This document shows positions 18,741 to 29,218 of a DNA stretch of 64,000 nucleotides, one piece after another. Source of the stretch: a virus (Duplodnaviria > Caudoviricetes). The stretch spans positions 15,372 to 79,371 of IMG/VR virus record IMGVR_UViG_3300005264_000079. One strand, given 5' to 3'. Positions within the stretch are counted from its first letter, which is position 1. Each line of letters starts with the position of its first letter. The notes beneath the pieces were generated by a model. It saw only the letters and a program-made list of their open reading frames with translations, was not told where the DNA came from and did not search any database. Position numbers and translations under genes: made by a program.

Positions 18741-18911
18741 TCAACCCCTCATTTCCAATTCTCCATTTAGCAACGTCTACCCAAGGTATGTCGTTAAACT
18801 TTCCCCTTTTTTCGCAAATGCCATTATCAGTACCTTTCATTGCTTCTTGAATATAATACTTAGCGTCTCTACCATTGATTGTTACTCTCATTTTATTCTC
18901 CTATTTAATTC

Positions 18912-18940
18912 ATTGTATATTGGAATTAAATTAGTGTCAA
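18912..18940 (-). promoter_or_regulatory. sigma70-type promoter upstream of the helicase operon
   Basis: TTGACA-17-TACAAT. Confidence 0.7.
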
Positions 18941-19051
18941 GTTTTATTTTCATAATCACCTGTCTTATTGCCTATAGAACTTCTTATTCTTTGTATACTT
19001 TATTGAGGTCTTTACTTCCAAGCATCTTCAATTAAACCACTGTCTAACCTG

Positions 19052-19450
19052 TCAATCAAAATCTCTAGTTGCTATATATTGTATCCTATCAACAGACACA
19101 CTGTTTTTAATTCTTACTTCAATTATCTTCCTGCTCATATCATTGCGTAGATATATAGCATCATTATCTGTTAATCTTACTTCGTAAAGATCCAAGGCAG
19201 GGACTTTCCCGTCGTCAAATGTTGGGATACAGTAGCATAACGCAGTCCAAGGATCTAGCGATGTGCAGATATAAGGAGGTTCCCATGATTCTACTTTGCC
19301 CGTAATACTATTTTCATACTCGTATACACTCATCCGTATTTTTATACCGTTTTGTAAAATTGATTTTCTATTCTTTTTTGGACTCCAATGATATACTATC
19401 GATAATCTAGATTCTTGTAACCCATTCATTTCTTTACTCCTTATCTCCAT
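19052..19450 (-). CDS. Hypothetical protein, possible ADP-ribosyltransferase/Tpt1-like fold
   Basis: 'VYHWSP..NRKSILQNGI', 'YICTSLDPWTA', 'IEVRI..SVS..RI'. Confidence 0.4.
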   Translation of the reverse strand: MEIRSKEMNGLQESRLSIVYHWSPKKNRKSILQNGIKIRMSVYEYENSITGKVESWEPPYICTSLDPWTALCYCIPTFDDGKVPALDLYEVRLTDNDAIYLRNDMSRKIIEVRIKNSVSVDRIQYIATRDFD

Positions 19451-19539
19451 AATCAGTCTCCCTGAATTACTTTATTTTCAAAATCTTCTATCCTACTCAT
19501 ACGTTATTGATACCTCATCTCTTTTCTACAGGATTCGTC

Positions 19540-19728
19540 TTAAATGATCTCTGCCTTTATACAACCGCAACTTTTAGTTCGCCCACTTATCAATGCTGTT
19601 CGTTTAATAAAAGCAATTCTACCACAATCACATCTACATAGGTAGTGGCAATCACTTGGATATCTGTATGCTTTTGTTAGATCCTTCTCAATAACTGTTA
19701 ATCTATTAAACTTCATTTGTGGTTCCAA
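19540..19728 (-). pseudogene. Truncated HNH/AP2 homing-endonuclease N-terminal fragment
   Basis: 'KFNRLTVI...YLCRCDCG...LISGRTKSCGC' then stop; no nuclease domain follows. Confidence 0.65.
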
Positions 19729-19748
19729 ATATTTAGGGGTATTTTATG

Positions 19749-21332
19749 TTATTTTTTAGATTCCTCTAACATCAATTGAAGCATATCTTCTTCTTTCAAA
19801 TAATCCCCGTCTACAATCTCTTTAAACATGTCTGCCTTCTTGTCTAATATTCCCATAAACATTTCCTCGATAGTGTCCTCACCAGGTAAATGGAACACAT
19901 TCACAATTTTTTCTTGACCCTGCCTATCAAGTCTACCAATACATTGCCATAACTCAGAGGGAACCCAACTCCACTGTAAAAATAACATGATACTACTAAC
20001 ATATTGTAAAGAGTTTAATCCAGTACCCGCCGCATATATAGAGCCTACAAAAATTCTAATCTTCTTATTAGAAATAAACTCTTCTACAATATTGTCTCTT
20101 ATATTTGCTTTAGTGGAAACACTACCATCAATTTTAACTGCAATTTCACCATACTTTTGCATTAAATCTTTTATTACAATTTTATTGACGGCAAAAATTA
20201 CAATTTTATCATCAGATTCTCTCAACAAATCATCAATAAACTCAAAAACACCATCTTTTTTTTGATCCCAAGAAGCTTCTCTCATTGTATTAATTACTTC
20301 TAACCCACTTTTCTTATTATCAGCTTCTTTTAATTTTTTTTCTAATTTTCTGTATTCTGTATAATTTTTCAAAGGTATAGGAAGTACAGTTTGTATTGGT
20401 TTCACCCTATCTGCATTACCGACATCATCCTTAGTACGTCTGAACATAATATTGTTTTCTAAAATACTATGCAACTCTACAGGATTTCTACTTCCAAAAA
20501 ATTCTTTTACCCCTCCTGCTTTGTAATTTATTCTTGAATTACAATATCTATTAAGAAAAGAATAGTAATTAGGAAATACTTTTTTATTTAAAATATTAGC
20601 AATTGGGAATAAATCTTTAGAGCTATTAACAATAGGAGTTCCGGTAAGTGCTAAAATGTGGCTACTCCCTTCACAAAGATATTCTATAGCATTTTTAGTT
20701 TTGCTTTCCATATTCTTAATTTTCTGGATTTCATCCAAAATAACTGTACCAAATAAGTTACCCTTGAAATCTTTAAGTTTTTGATTGGGTAGAAACGTAA
20801 CATTTCTCTTTCCTAACTTATCTATGTTTCTTGCCACTAACTCATAATTACAGATAAAGATGTCAAAAGTATTTTTGTACTTTTGCAAATCCGTAGAAGA
20901 TTCCATTATTTTTATTTTATCTCCTTTGTGTATAAATTTCTCGTATTCTTTAGCCCATTGCCTTTTTAAAAGGGAAGGGCAAACAATTAAAGTTGGGAAA
21001 TAATTAGTGTTATCCATTATTGCTAATGATGTAGCTGTTTTACCTAAACCTACATCTAAACTGAGAATTATCCTATTATCATGGTGAATACTATATCTCA
21101 TAGCATCTTTTTGATACGGGAATAAAAAATCATATTCTTTAGGAATTTTTATTTCTTTCCAAGAGTTATCTTCTTGTAACCCTTTCCATTTTGTGTAAAT
21201 CTCTGTGGTAAGTTCAAAATTTAAAGCATGTAGCATTTCTGCATATTCATCTTTATAAATAAGTTCCCATTCAGACGTGGCTGTGATAAATCTTCTATCC
21301 TTAGAGGGTAGATCTTTCACTTGTTGCAACAC
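19749..21332 (-). CDS. SNF2-like (SF2) helicase
   Basis: 'LFPYQ', 'LDVGLGKT', 'ILDEIQ', 'LTGTPI', 'FRRTK', 'AGTGLN', 'QCIGRLDRQGQ'. Confidence 0.92.
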   Translation of the reverse strand: MLQQVKDLPSKDRRFITATSEWELIYKDEYAEMLHALNFELTTEIYTKWKGLQEDNSWKEIKIPKEYDFLFPYQKDAMRYSIHHDNRIILSLDVGLGKTATSLAIMDNTNYFPTLIVCPSLLKRQWAKEYEKFIHKGDKIKIMESSTDLQKYKNTFDIFICNYELVARNIDKLGKRNVTFLPNQKLKDFKGNLFGTVILDEIQKIKNMESKTKNAIEYLCEGSSHILALTGTPIVNSSKDLFPIANILNKKVFPNYYSFLNRYCNSRINYKAGGVKEFFGSRNPVELHSILENNIMFRRTKDDVGNADRVKPIQTVLPIPLKNYTEYRKLEKKLKEADNKKSGLEVINTMREASWDQKKDGVFEFIDDLLRESDDKIVIFAVNKIVIKDLMQKYGEIAVKIDGSVSTKANIRDNIVEEFISNKKIRIFVGSIYAAGTGLNSLQYVSSIMLFLQWSWVPSELWQCIGRLDRQGQEKIVNVFHLPGEDTIEEMFMGILDKKADMFKEIVDGDYLKEEDMLQLMLEESKK

Positions 21333-21416
21333 CTTCTTAAAATCTTTTCCACCAAATTTTAAAATGAGTTTATTACTATTTGTTAATCTTGCTTTTTTGA
21401 TTGTGTCTCCTCCCCT

Positions 21417-21614
21417 TTACATTCTTTTATCTTTGAAACCCTTTGTGCAAATTACAAAGTCTGTTTTCCCCGGAGCGACGAGTATTCCCTCAAGAGAATA
21501 TCCTTGATTGTTTTTTATTCTATCAGCAATCACATCATACAAATCCTCGGTCAACTTGGCATGATGTGATTTCCCATTTATAACAAAAATAAAACTGCCT
21601 TTAGAGTTTTTCAC
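21417..21614 (-). CDS. Hypothetical protein
   Basis: ORF track. Confidence 0.5.
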   Translation of the reverse strand: MKNSKGSFIFVINGKSHHAKLTEDLYDVIADRIKNNQGYSLEGILVAPGKTDFVICTKGFKDKRM

Positions 21615-21820
21615 TACTTAATTTCTCCCAAGTTTGCTACTAAAGCATTTATCTCTATTGTTAATATTTCAATTTGAAGCTTTTTCTCAGAAATGTCTTC
21701 TAAAATTCTTTCTTTGCGTATTTCTTTAATATCTGTTTCATTACTAAATTCTATTACTTGCATTTGTCTCACTCCTTGAGCATCACATCGGTGTCCTTAT
21801 TTTAAATTTAGACCATTTCC

Positions 21821-22063
21821 TCATATTTCCTCCCGAGTAAAAATATATTCTAATGCGGAGCGTTTTGCGGCATCATGAGGGTTTTTCTCTCTCTCATAAT
21901 TAGCAAAGTAGAAATATTTATCATCAAAAGACCATCCAAGGGATACGACTACACAATCACGTTCTATCGATATATAAAACCCATCATCATTCTCGTCTAG
22001 TGGATAAATAATTTCCCCATCTGCATACTCACAGCACTTCTTAATAAAATCTGTATCATTCAT
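21821..22063 (-). CDS. Hypothetical protein
   Basis: ORF track. Confidence 0.5.
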   Translation of the reverse strand: MNDTDFIKKCCEYADGEIIYPLDENDDGFYISIERDCVVVSLGWSFDDKYFYFANYEREKNPHDAAKRSALEYIFTREEI

Positions 22064-22305
22064 TTATTCAACTCCTTTATTAAAGCATCTGCGATAATGC
22101 ATGATCTTACCACATAGGCTTCTGCAAGTTCTTCCGTGGTTGTCAATCCAGCTTCATCTGCAAGCACGTTGCCAGCAAGCATTCCGTTCAACGCCTGTCC
22201 TGCAAAATAATCCCGGAGTGTCATGCCAGTTTGCGGATTACTACTCTCATCCCAGCCGTTCCCTCTAGGCCTTGCATAAGCCGGCCCACCTGTTTCTTTA
22301 CTCAT
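22060..22305 (-). CDS. Conserved phage hypothetical protein
   Basis: 'TGGPAY...GMTLRDYFAGQAL...ADALI' is a common phage motif. Confidence 0.75.
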   Translation of the reverse strand: MSKETGGPAYARPRGNGWDESSNPQTGMTLRDYFAGQALNGMLAGNVLADEAGLTTTEELAEAYVVRSCIIADALIKELNK

Positions 22306-22846
22306 TTTATTCTCCTATACTTCAAATAAGATTTGTACTCCTATCATGTCTCCCCCAAAATTCATAGGAGAAACATTGATAATATTTACTGACTTACCTG
22401 TGTACTTTTTATTGAAAAAGCATTTATTTTATCGTCCAAAGAAGATACAGGATCGTCAACGTACACTCGAAATGTCTTAGAAAGCAAACTACTCATACCA
22501 CTCCTTCTCTATCCTCAATGCAATTATTTCTCCAAATAATTCCTTTCTCCATGTGGGAAAGATGTTTTCTCATTTTTTTAATTTTTCTACGCATTGAGGT
22601 GTTTTCAGCGGTGAGGTGTGCAATATCTGCTCTCAATACTTCATTCTCAAGTTTCATGTAATCATCCATCTATTTTCTCCTTTAGTCCCAAGCCCATGGG
22701 TCTTCTTTCTTTTCATAGTCTACACCAGAAATATCATCCTGGTCAATAGCTTTTTCGGCTTCCTTCATTACTTCTCGTTCATGAGACCGTCTTTTTTTAT
22801 TATTAAAGTGCTTAATATTCTTACTAAGTTTACTATCTCGATACAT

Positions 22847-23461
22847 TTATGTCTCCTTCATCATCATAAAACCTGTTTCCGGTGGGATTGTTGCTGATTC
22901 AAGTTTTGTAATCATTCCTTGCGAATACCATTCATTCTCAATTTGATAACAATATTGGGCATTGTTGTGGTATGCAGAAACTTTCTCCCAAATACACTCA
23001 TCAATTTTGAACCACAACACCATAATCTCCTCATGGCTCAGTTGTTTTGGTATTGGTTTGCGACGGTAGCGATATTTATATCCAGCTTTAATATCTCTTA
23101 AAGCTTCAATAGGATCAATATCTTTACCACACCTCCAATCATCTTCTGATTTCTCAACAATTAAGCATTTAAGTTCATAACCCCCAACAAGAATATCGCT
23201 TGGAAGATTGTCAATTTTCAATTCCTTCCAGTCTGAATATTTTCCAGTTCTCGGCGATCCGTGGACAATATTATGTTCTTCCGGCCAGTCTGAATCTTCT
23301 ACATGGTCAGCGAGCCATTGTTCAGCCACCTTTAAAGATTCCTCATTTCCAGATCCGCTACACCCTTCTTCATAAAATGGACAATTATCGCAATATACAT
23401 ATTCACATTCCTTACACCCGTTATTGTTAATAATCGTTTCAACCACTTCTCTTTTTGTCAT
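22847..23461 (-). CDS. Hypothetical protein (Cys-rich N-terminus)
   Basis: ORF track. Confidence 0.6.
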   Translation of the reverse strand: MTKREVVETIINNNGCKECEYVYCDNCPFYEEGCSGSGNEESLKVAEQWLADHVEDSDWPEEHNIVHGSPRTGKYSDWKELKIDNLPSDILVGGYELKCLIVEKSEDDWRCGKDIDPIEALRDIKAGYKYRYRRKPIPKQLSHEEIMVLWFKIDECIWEKVSAYHNNAQYCYQIENEWYSQGMITKLESATIPPETGFMMMKET

Positions 23462-23471
23462 CTACTACTCC

Positions 23472-23735
23472 TTATTCACTTCTTAAGGACATACTACTGC
23501 CCATATTAACAATCTTCCTTACCTTAGCCATAACAAGATTAAACTCTTCTTCATTCTCAGTGTATTTCTTAAACAAACAATATATCTCTCTGTATGTCAG
23601 ATTAGAATTACGTATAATGTTCCATGCTTCTTCCCTTAAGCTTATTATAGTAGGAGATTCCTCTTTCATAAGAACATGAATTTCCTTCAAAATGCTTTGT
23701 AGTCTACCAGCATCATCAGCTTCTACTACTATCAC
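23472..23735 (-). CDS. Hypothetical protein
   Basis: ORF track. Confidence 0.55.
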   Translation of the reverse strand: MIVVEADDAGRLQSILKEIHVLMKEESPTIISLREEAWNIIRNSNLTYREIYCLFKKYTENEEEFNLVMAKVRKIVNMGSSMSLRSE

Positions 23736-24649
23736 ATATTTTCTCCTTTTACTTTAATTTTCAATCCCCTAAGATAATTTGTGGTAATCAATATTGAGCT
23801 ATGTTTCAATAACCTACTTACTCTATAAATATCCTTATCTTTTGTATACTCTTTGCAGGCGAAATAATGTCTTATAGCATGTGGGCTAAATTTACAAGAA
23901 ATAATTCCTTCTTCATATAATTTTTTAACAGAACTATTAAAGTTGTTTGCTATCGTCCCACTATGCAATTTTGTAAGAAGAGAAGCATTATTCCTTATGA
24001 ATTTATCGTCCTTCACGTTTAATGGATACAATTTACCTTTACTTACACTTGATAAGCTGACGCCATTATATGATAGGTATTTAGTGTTAAAAAAGCCTAC
24101 TCTCACACCATATGTTCTCATGATATGTAGAGCCAACCTCATCTTCCTATCTTTTAAAGAATTTGAAGAATAAACCATATCCAAATAATCTAAATCATCA
24201 GAAGTTGGGATTTCCTTCTCTTCTTCGTTTTTCACCAAAGATAGCTTCCCTCCTCTAAAAGGATTCTTCTCTATATCTCCCCATCTATAAAGATTAGAGT
24301 AAAAACTTGAGAGAGAAGCAAATACTAAACGTGCTTTTGAATAACTATACTTATTCAAATGATTAACAATAAACTCATCCACAATAAGTGTGGTGACGTT
24401 TAACATAGATTTCCCATTAAGAAATTTAACAAACTCTGCAATGTATGTGCGATACATGCGAGATGTATGTTTGGATTTGTTAGAAAGCCATTGGGAAAGC
24501 TTCTCATCAAGATCAAAGGAAGCCCTCTTCTGATCTTCCCTATATTCTTGCTTCAAATTATCTATAGCCACCATAGCCTTAATTTGCTCATACTGCTGTG
24601 GTGTAAGTTGTTCTAAAGAATTAGGAATATTCACTGCTAAACTATTCAT
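23732..24649 (-). CDS. Tyrosine recombinase (Xer/integrase family)
   Basis: R in 'TYGVRVG', HxxR 'SPHAIRH', 'LLKHSSILITTNY' (H and catalytic Y); core-binding region 'TSRMYRTYIAEF'. Confidence 0.9.
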   Translation of the reverse strand: MNSLAVNIPNSLEQLTPQQYEQIKAMVAIDNLKQEYREDQKRASFDLDEKLSQWLSNKSKHTSRMYRTYIAEFVKFLNGKSMLNVTTLIVDEFIVNHLNKYSYSKARLVFASLSSFYSNLYRWGDIEKNPFRGGKLSLVKNEEEKEIPTSDDLDYLDMVYSSNSLKDRKMRLALHIMRTYGVRVGFFNTKYLSYNGVSLSSVSKGKLYPLNVKDDKFIRNNASLLTKLHSGTIANNFNSSVKKLYEEGIISCKFSPHAIRHYFACKEYTKDKDIYRVSRLLKHSSILITTNYLRGLKIKVKGENM

Positions 24650-24669
24650 TTGTATCTCCTATAAGTAAG

Positions 24670-24698
24670 ATAATACCATGGATGTAAATTCTTGTCAA
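24670..24698 (-). promoter_or_regulatory. sigma70-type promoter of the recombinase
   Basis: TTGACA-17-TATTAT. Confidence 0.75.
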
Positions 24699-24815
24699 GC
24701 TATTTATTTCTTTGATCCAATTTCAACTAGAAAATAACCCCCCACAATGAGTTTTAATAAGATCAATAATTAATTCTCTTTCTTCTTTAAGGTTACTTAT
24801 ATTTTTTCTCATATT

Positions 24816-25010
24816 TTACTCCTCAGCACAAAGTTTCATAAAGGCATCTTTATATACTTCTTTGATTTCTACCCAAAAAGATGAAACCCCAAATTCATGT
24901 GTAAATATAGGTCTGCCCAATCTCTTCTCAACATCTGCATGAAAATTTGCCATGTGACCCATACATACCCCTGTGTACCCTGTTATGATAACCTTTTCAT
25001 TAACTGTCAT
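24816..25010 (-). CDS. Conserved phage hypothetical protein
   Basis: 'VEKRLGRPIFTHE'. Confidence 0.6.
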   Translation of the reverse strand: MTVNEKVIITGYTGVCMGHMANFHADVEKRLGRPIFTHEFGVSSFWVEIKEVYKDAFMKLCAEE

Positions 25011-25216
25011 CCTTTCCTCCTAATATCAAAGTATACAGCAGTAGTATCCTTCACAACTACTACATACTCATAAACAGCATCATGCTCATCACTTTCAACA
25101 ATAGCTGTATAGTACTCAAAACCAATATAAGTGTATTCAAAGAAGATCCTTACATGCTCTGTTTTAGTGAGGCCAAGCTCTCTTCTCACTCTATTAGATA
25201 TCTGTCTATTTGTCAT
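25007..25216 (-). CDS. Hypothetical protein
   Basis: ORF track. Confidence 0.5.
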   Translation of the reverse strand: MTNRQISNRVRRELGLTKTEHVRIFFEYTYIGFEYYTAIVESDEHDAVYEYVVVVKDTTAVYFDIRRKG

Positions 25217-25487
25217 CTGCTGGAAGCTCCTGTACTTTAATCATATATGTAGTCACATCTTCTTCTGTAAGCCATCCCAAAACATCATCAGTAATGCCAG
25301 TAAAGCGAACAATACCACCAGCCCACATAATAGCTAATTCATAGGGAGCATCTTTATTTGAATATGCACTTGCACCAGTAATTACTGATACACCGTAACC
25401 ATTATCAAAATAAAGCTCTGCACGTGTCTCGCCTTTTCCATAATAAGCAGGTCGTTCTTCAAACACAAGATCTTTAAAAGTTTTCAT
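25206..25487 (-). CDS. Conserved phage hypothetical protein
   Basis: 'FDNGYGVSVI...YELAI...ITDDVLGWLT'. Confidence 0.65.
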   Translation of the reverse strand: MKTFKDLVFEERPAYYGKGETRAELYFDNGYGVSVITGASAYSNKDAPYELAIMWAGGIVRFTGITDDVLGWLTEEDVTTYMIKVQELPADDK

Positions 25488-25552
25488 TTATTTCTCCTTA
25501 AAAGCAATCTATAATAAATGTAACATATCAAAGAAAACATGTCAACAAAATA

Positions 25553-26476
25553 TTAGTATATTTGCAAATCATTTTTAAGATAGGCTAATTCATCAGGATC
25601 ATCCCTAAACAGTTCATCAGGATCTCCTGTTTCATGCAATTCAATCACCTCACAATTTGTACCAACAGAGTTTAGCACGATAGCAGTTTCTTCAGCTATT
25701 CTCAGGGGTTCTGCTTCACCTCCATCAGGCATGATAAAAACATTGTCAAATCGTTGTGCCAATAGCATAATTTGTGCCATTGTTATTTCTGCACCAAAAC
25801 TACATAGAGAACCATTACCTGTACGGAATTGATCCCATGGGCCTTCTACAATCAAAGCATTCCTACTCCTTATTTGATCAATACCCAAAAAAATATCTTT
25901 ATGATTAATTATTTCCAAATCAGATTTACAAGAAACAACTCTCAATTCTTGTTCATTTGTATAATCCCTTGATGTGTAACTAACTATTCTGTTATTGTAT
26001 GTGATAGGTATAATTATACGATAACTTGGGTTTTCATACATAGTGCTTCGTAGAGCATACTTCTCCCATAAATACTCAGGATTAAAGCCTCTACCTTCAA
26101 TATACTCTTTTGCTGATCCACTCATTATAGTATTGCCTGGAATCTTTATAGTGGTAGGTCTTGGAACATCACTACTCTTCTTGAATGGAGTAGTGGATGT
26201 AGAATTTCCATACTTTTTAAATATTTCTTTCAGTGCTGTGTAGTCTGTGATTCCAGTAGCTCTTTTCACAAATTCATAAAAAGAAGTGTTATGGCAAACC
26301 CAACAAGCGTGTACGGTATACCCATCCATTACAGCACCATAAGCTTTATTTCCAGTGGCAGTTGCCCCACAAAAAACACATTGTTGAAGACCTATATACT
26401 TAGAAGTAGTAGTCGATGAATTTTCTACAGTTTGGATATTGTAGTCATACAGAAATTGCCTTGTATTAAATTCCAA
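25553..26476 (-). CDS. DNA primase (zinc finger + TOPRIM)
   Basis: 'CVFCG...CWVC', 'YIEGRG', 'IIIPI', 'IVEGPWD', 'MPDGG', 'GDPDE'. Confidence 0.88.
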   Translation of the reverse strand: MEFNTRQFLYDYNIQTVENSSTTTSKYIGLQQCVFCGATATGNKAYGAVMDGYTVHACWVCHNTSFYEFVKRATGITDYTALKEIFKKYGNSTSTTPFKKSSDVPRPTTIKIPGNTIMSGSAKEYIEGRGFNPEYLWEKYALRSTMYENPSYRIIIPITYNNRIVSYTSRDYTNEQELRVVSCKSDLEIINHKDIFLGIDQIRSRNALIVEGPWDQFRTGNGSLCSFGAEITMAQIMLLAQRFDNVFIMPDGGEAEPLRIAEETAIVLNSVGTNCEVIELHETGDPDELFRDDPDELAYLKNDLQIY

Positions 26477-26581
26477 AACTTTTCTCCTTTCTACTTACAC
26501 TTTCTGTCATTATTTCTCTCCTGTCTAATTATTAAAATAAATTAGCACAATAGAATTCTAATGTGCTTTTTATGCTAATAA

Positions 26582-27442
26582 TTACAAAGCTAACAAATCT
26601 TCATCACTAATGGATGCTTCTTCCTCTTCTATCCAAGATTTCACCATCTCAATAGATTTAGGAAGGAGGCCATAATCAGAAACAATATCTAATTTATTTT
26701 TTCCTACAACTTTATTAGTAATAGAAACGTGATATGTTTTCCCTAACTCAGCATATAATTCTCCCCAGACATATTTGTCACCAAAATTATTCTTTGTAGC
26801 ATATCTTTTTACTAACACTTTAAGTTCTTCTCTCAATACTCTTGGGGATTGTGTTTTATGAGCCATGTTCTGTAGCTCACTAAACACAATTTCTTTAAAA
26901 ATACTAAAATCTTCTTTTGTCACCATACCTTCTTTAAGACTAAGGAAGTCATCTTTTGTGATAGTGTTAGCAATTTTTGTTTTAAGCACACTATTTTTCT
27001 TTGCTAAAGATAAATTATCCTTTACAGTGTCCAACCACTTCTGATGATTTGCAGATGATTCTTTCATGATAGCATCAACATCAGGGGTTATTCTCTCTAT
27101 GGGAGCAATGTACCCACCCGTTTTACGAATAGTAGGTAGTACTTCTTTTGTAACCCAACGTGTAAATGCCTTTGCTTCCTTTTTGTTCGATCTGAAGATC
27201 AAAGTATACAACCCAGATTCATTTATTATTAATGGTGGTTTTCCTCCCCAAGCTTTAGATCCAATGACTATATGGTAGTCATTGGATACATCTTCTGAGT
27301 TTACAATACTTCTAATATTATTTGTCCTTAATTGTAAAACATCACAAACATCCTTTGCCACAAACCAAGGATCACCATTCACCACTAAAGTCCTCAAGTC
27401 CTTACCACCAAAATCAAATACTGTAATCTCTTTCTTTTCCAT
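26582..27442 (-). CDS. BRO-N domain antirepressor-like protein
   Basis: 'DPWFVAKDVCDVL', 'INESGLYTLIFRS', 'FTRWVTKEVLPTIRKTGGY'. Confidence 0.92.
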   Translation of the reverse strand: MEKKEITVFDFGGKDLRTLVVNGDPWFVAKDVCDVLQLRTNNIRSIVNSEDVSNDYHIVIGSKAWGGKPPLIINESGLYTLIFRSNKKEAKAFTRWVTKEVLPTIRKTGGYIAPIERITPDVDAIMKESSANHQKWLDTVKDNLSLAKKNSVLKTKIANTITKDDFLSLKEGMVTKEDFSIFKEIVFSELQNMAHKTQSPRVLREELKVLVKRYATKNNFGDKYVWGELYAELGKTYHVSITNKVVGKNKLDIVSDYGLLPKSIEMVKSWIEEEEASISDEDLLAL

Positions 27443-27523
27443 AATTTCTCCTAAATATATTTATTTTAAACAGGGCAACACCACTGTTATTCAAAAAAAA
27501 CTCCTTCAAAACAATCTATACCT

Positions 27524-27552
27524 AATATAGAATACATTCAAAGGAGTGTCAA
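27524..27552 (-). promoter_or_regulatory. sigma70-type promoter of the BRO gene
   Basis: TTGACA-17-TATATT. Confidence 0.7.
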
Positions 27553-27640
27553 GGGTTATTTATCTTTTTCATATTTATTGCAATTTTTACAAGATGCACA
27601 ATGATATTTATACCATTGCTTTTATACATATTGCATTTTT

Positions 27641-27673
27641 CACACTATATTCTCCATAAAAGAATATAGTGTG
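27641..27673. repeat. Perfect 13-bp inverted repeat (hairpin/operator)
   Basis: cacactatattct-ccataaa-agaatatagtgtg; no U-tract on either strand. Confidence 0.85.
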
Positions 27674-27684
27674 AATGTACTATA

Positions 27685-28023
27685 CTAATTTTTTGACACT
27701 TTCACTATCTTATATTCTCTTGCAAGATCCTTATCCAATGTCTCAATTTGAACAAATGTCTTTTTAATCAAATCTCTTACCTCCAGCACCCTTTTAGCAA
27801 TGTCATCAATAGAAGAAGCATCCTCATAGTATGCTCTTGCAAAGCCCTGCAACCCCTGATACAAACTCCCATAGTATTTTGTCCATGTGGTATGTTTGTC
27901 TGTAAGTTCTCCGGTTTTAACTGCCTTCACCTGCTTTGTCTCTTCTGACACATACTCTAATTTCCATCCATTTGCATATTTATACAATGTATATTCATTT
28001 GTTAATATTATTTCACCTTTCAC
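27685..28023 (-). CDS. Hypothetical protein
   Basis: ORF track. Confidence 0.55.
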   Translation of the reverse strand: MKGEIILTNEYTLYKYANGWKLEYVSEETKQVKAVKTGELTDKHTTWTKYYGSLYQGLQGFARAYYEDASSIDDIAKRVLEVRDLIKKTFVQIETLDKDLAREYKIVKVSKN

Positions 28024-28743
28024 TTAATCCTCCTTTAAACCATCTTCCCTTAAGTTCTTAATGATATTATCAATACCTTTCTGGTAAACAAGTGTTTTAA
28101 TATTTATCTTGACATCTCCTGTTGTCCTATCTATGTACTTACTTTCTATAACACGAAACCAACCATAATCTACAAATCTCTGATATGGGACATTACTGCT
28201 TTGAAGCACTTTCTTTTTACGTAGATACCCAAACATCTGATTTCTACCCATGCCGCAATTAATTACTTTTGCGACTTCTCCCATTGGGATAGCATCATTG
28301 CTCCCTGTCACATCCTCATAAAATTGTACAGCAGGTTTCATCTTTTCATTCTCGATTTGCAATTTGTCATTTTCTATTGCAAGTCTACCTGCCTCTAAAA
28401 GTGCTTCCCCATACGTGGCAGGTATCTGTGCCTGTTGTCTTAATTCTTTTTCACATTGTATAAAGAATTTTCTGGCTTCTCTTCCCTTATCATTATTCTC
28501 TACCATGGATAGTTCTTTTGCCATATCAATTGAGATGTGGTACTCTTTAGTAACAGCATTATTTCCGCTTACTCTTTTTTGAGTAAGCAAAGTAAAATCT
28601 TGTCCAGCAACAAAATCATACTTTTTAATTCGTCTACCAATCCAATCATTAAATCTTTGTTCAACCTCTAAAAATGTATGCAAATCTCTTGCATTAACAG
28701 TTTTAATCCCTTCTTTCTCTTCAATCTTAATTAGTTCATTCAT
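28024..28743 (-). CDS. AntA/AntB antirepressor with C-terminal KilAC (ANT) domain
   Basis: 'VNARDLHTFL', 'FNDWI', 'IDMAKELSMVE', 'ARKFFIQCEK'; 'MGRNQMFGYLR', 'PYQRFVD', 'VYQKG'. Confidence 0.92.
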   Translation of the reverse strand: MNELIKIEEKEGIKTVNARDLHTFLEVEQRFNDWIGRRIKKYDFVAGQDFTLLTQKRVSGNNAVTKEYHISIDMAKELSMVENNDKGREARKFFIQCEKELRQQAQIPATYGEALLEAGRLAIENDKLQIENEKMKPAVQFYEDVTGSNDAIPMGEVAKVINCGMGRNQMFGYLRKKKVLQSSNVPYQRFVDYGWFRVIESKYIDRTTGDVKINIKTLVYQKGIDNIIKNLREDGLKED

Positions 28744-28745
28744 GC

Positions 28746-28985
28746 TTATTTCTCCTCCTCTACAAAATAGTCACCATCATCAGAAGATTTATTAAGTTCT
28801 CCTAAGGCATAACAATCGTCACACCACTCACCATTATTTAGCAGATAAAAACCACTCTGAGAAGCAATCTCTGAAAAGATAGCATCCTCATCAAGTATAT
28901 CTGCTGTAGCCAAATCAATTACATATTCCACTTCTTTACCACACCCATCACATTTGAGTGTCACCATCATTTCTGCTTTTTTCAT
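28746..28985 (-). CDS. Hypothetical zinc-binding protein
   Basis: CDGC...CDDC. Confidence 0.55.
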   Translation of the reverse strand: MKKAEMMVTLKCDGCGKEVEYVIDLATADILDEDAIFSEIASQSGFYLLNNGEWCDDCYALGELNKSSDDGDYFVEEEK

Positions 28986-29218
28986 TTTGCTTTTCTCCCT
29001 AATGTCAAAGTGAATCTACCATATTCTGTTCCCATGAGCCACATCTGATAAAACTGTGCTGTAATATTATCAGCATATGTTCCATCAGCATTTTTCAGAA
29101 GCTCCATCTTTTCCACTTCTTCACAATCAGGAAGGGCAAGGGTTTTAATTGCTTTCTTAAGATCACGGGCATCTTCTTCAAATCTTTCTTTTAGTTCATT
29201 CTTCTTTACTTCTCTCAA
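28982..29218 (-). CDS. Hypothetical protein
   Basis: ORF track. Confidence 0.5.
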   Translation of the reverse strand: MREVKKNELKERFEEDARDLKKAIKTLALPDCEEVEKMELLKNADGTYADNITAQFYQMWLMGTEYGRFTLTLGRKAK

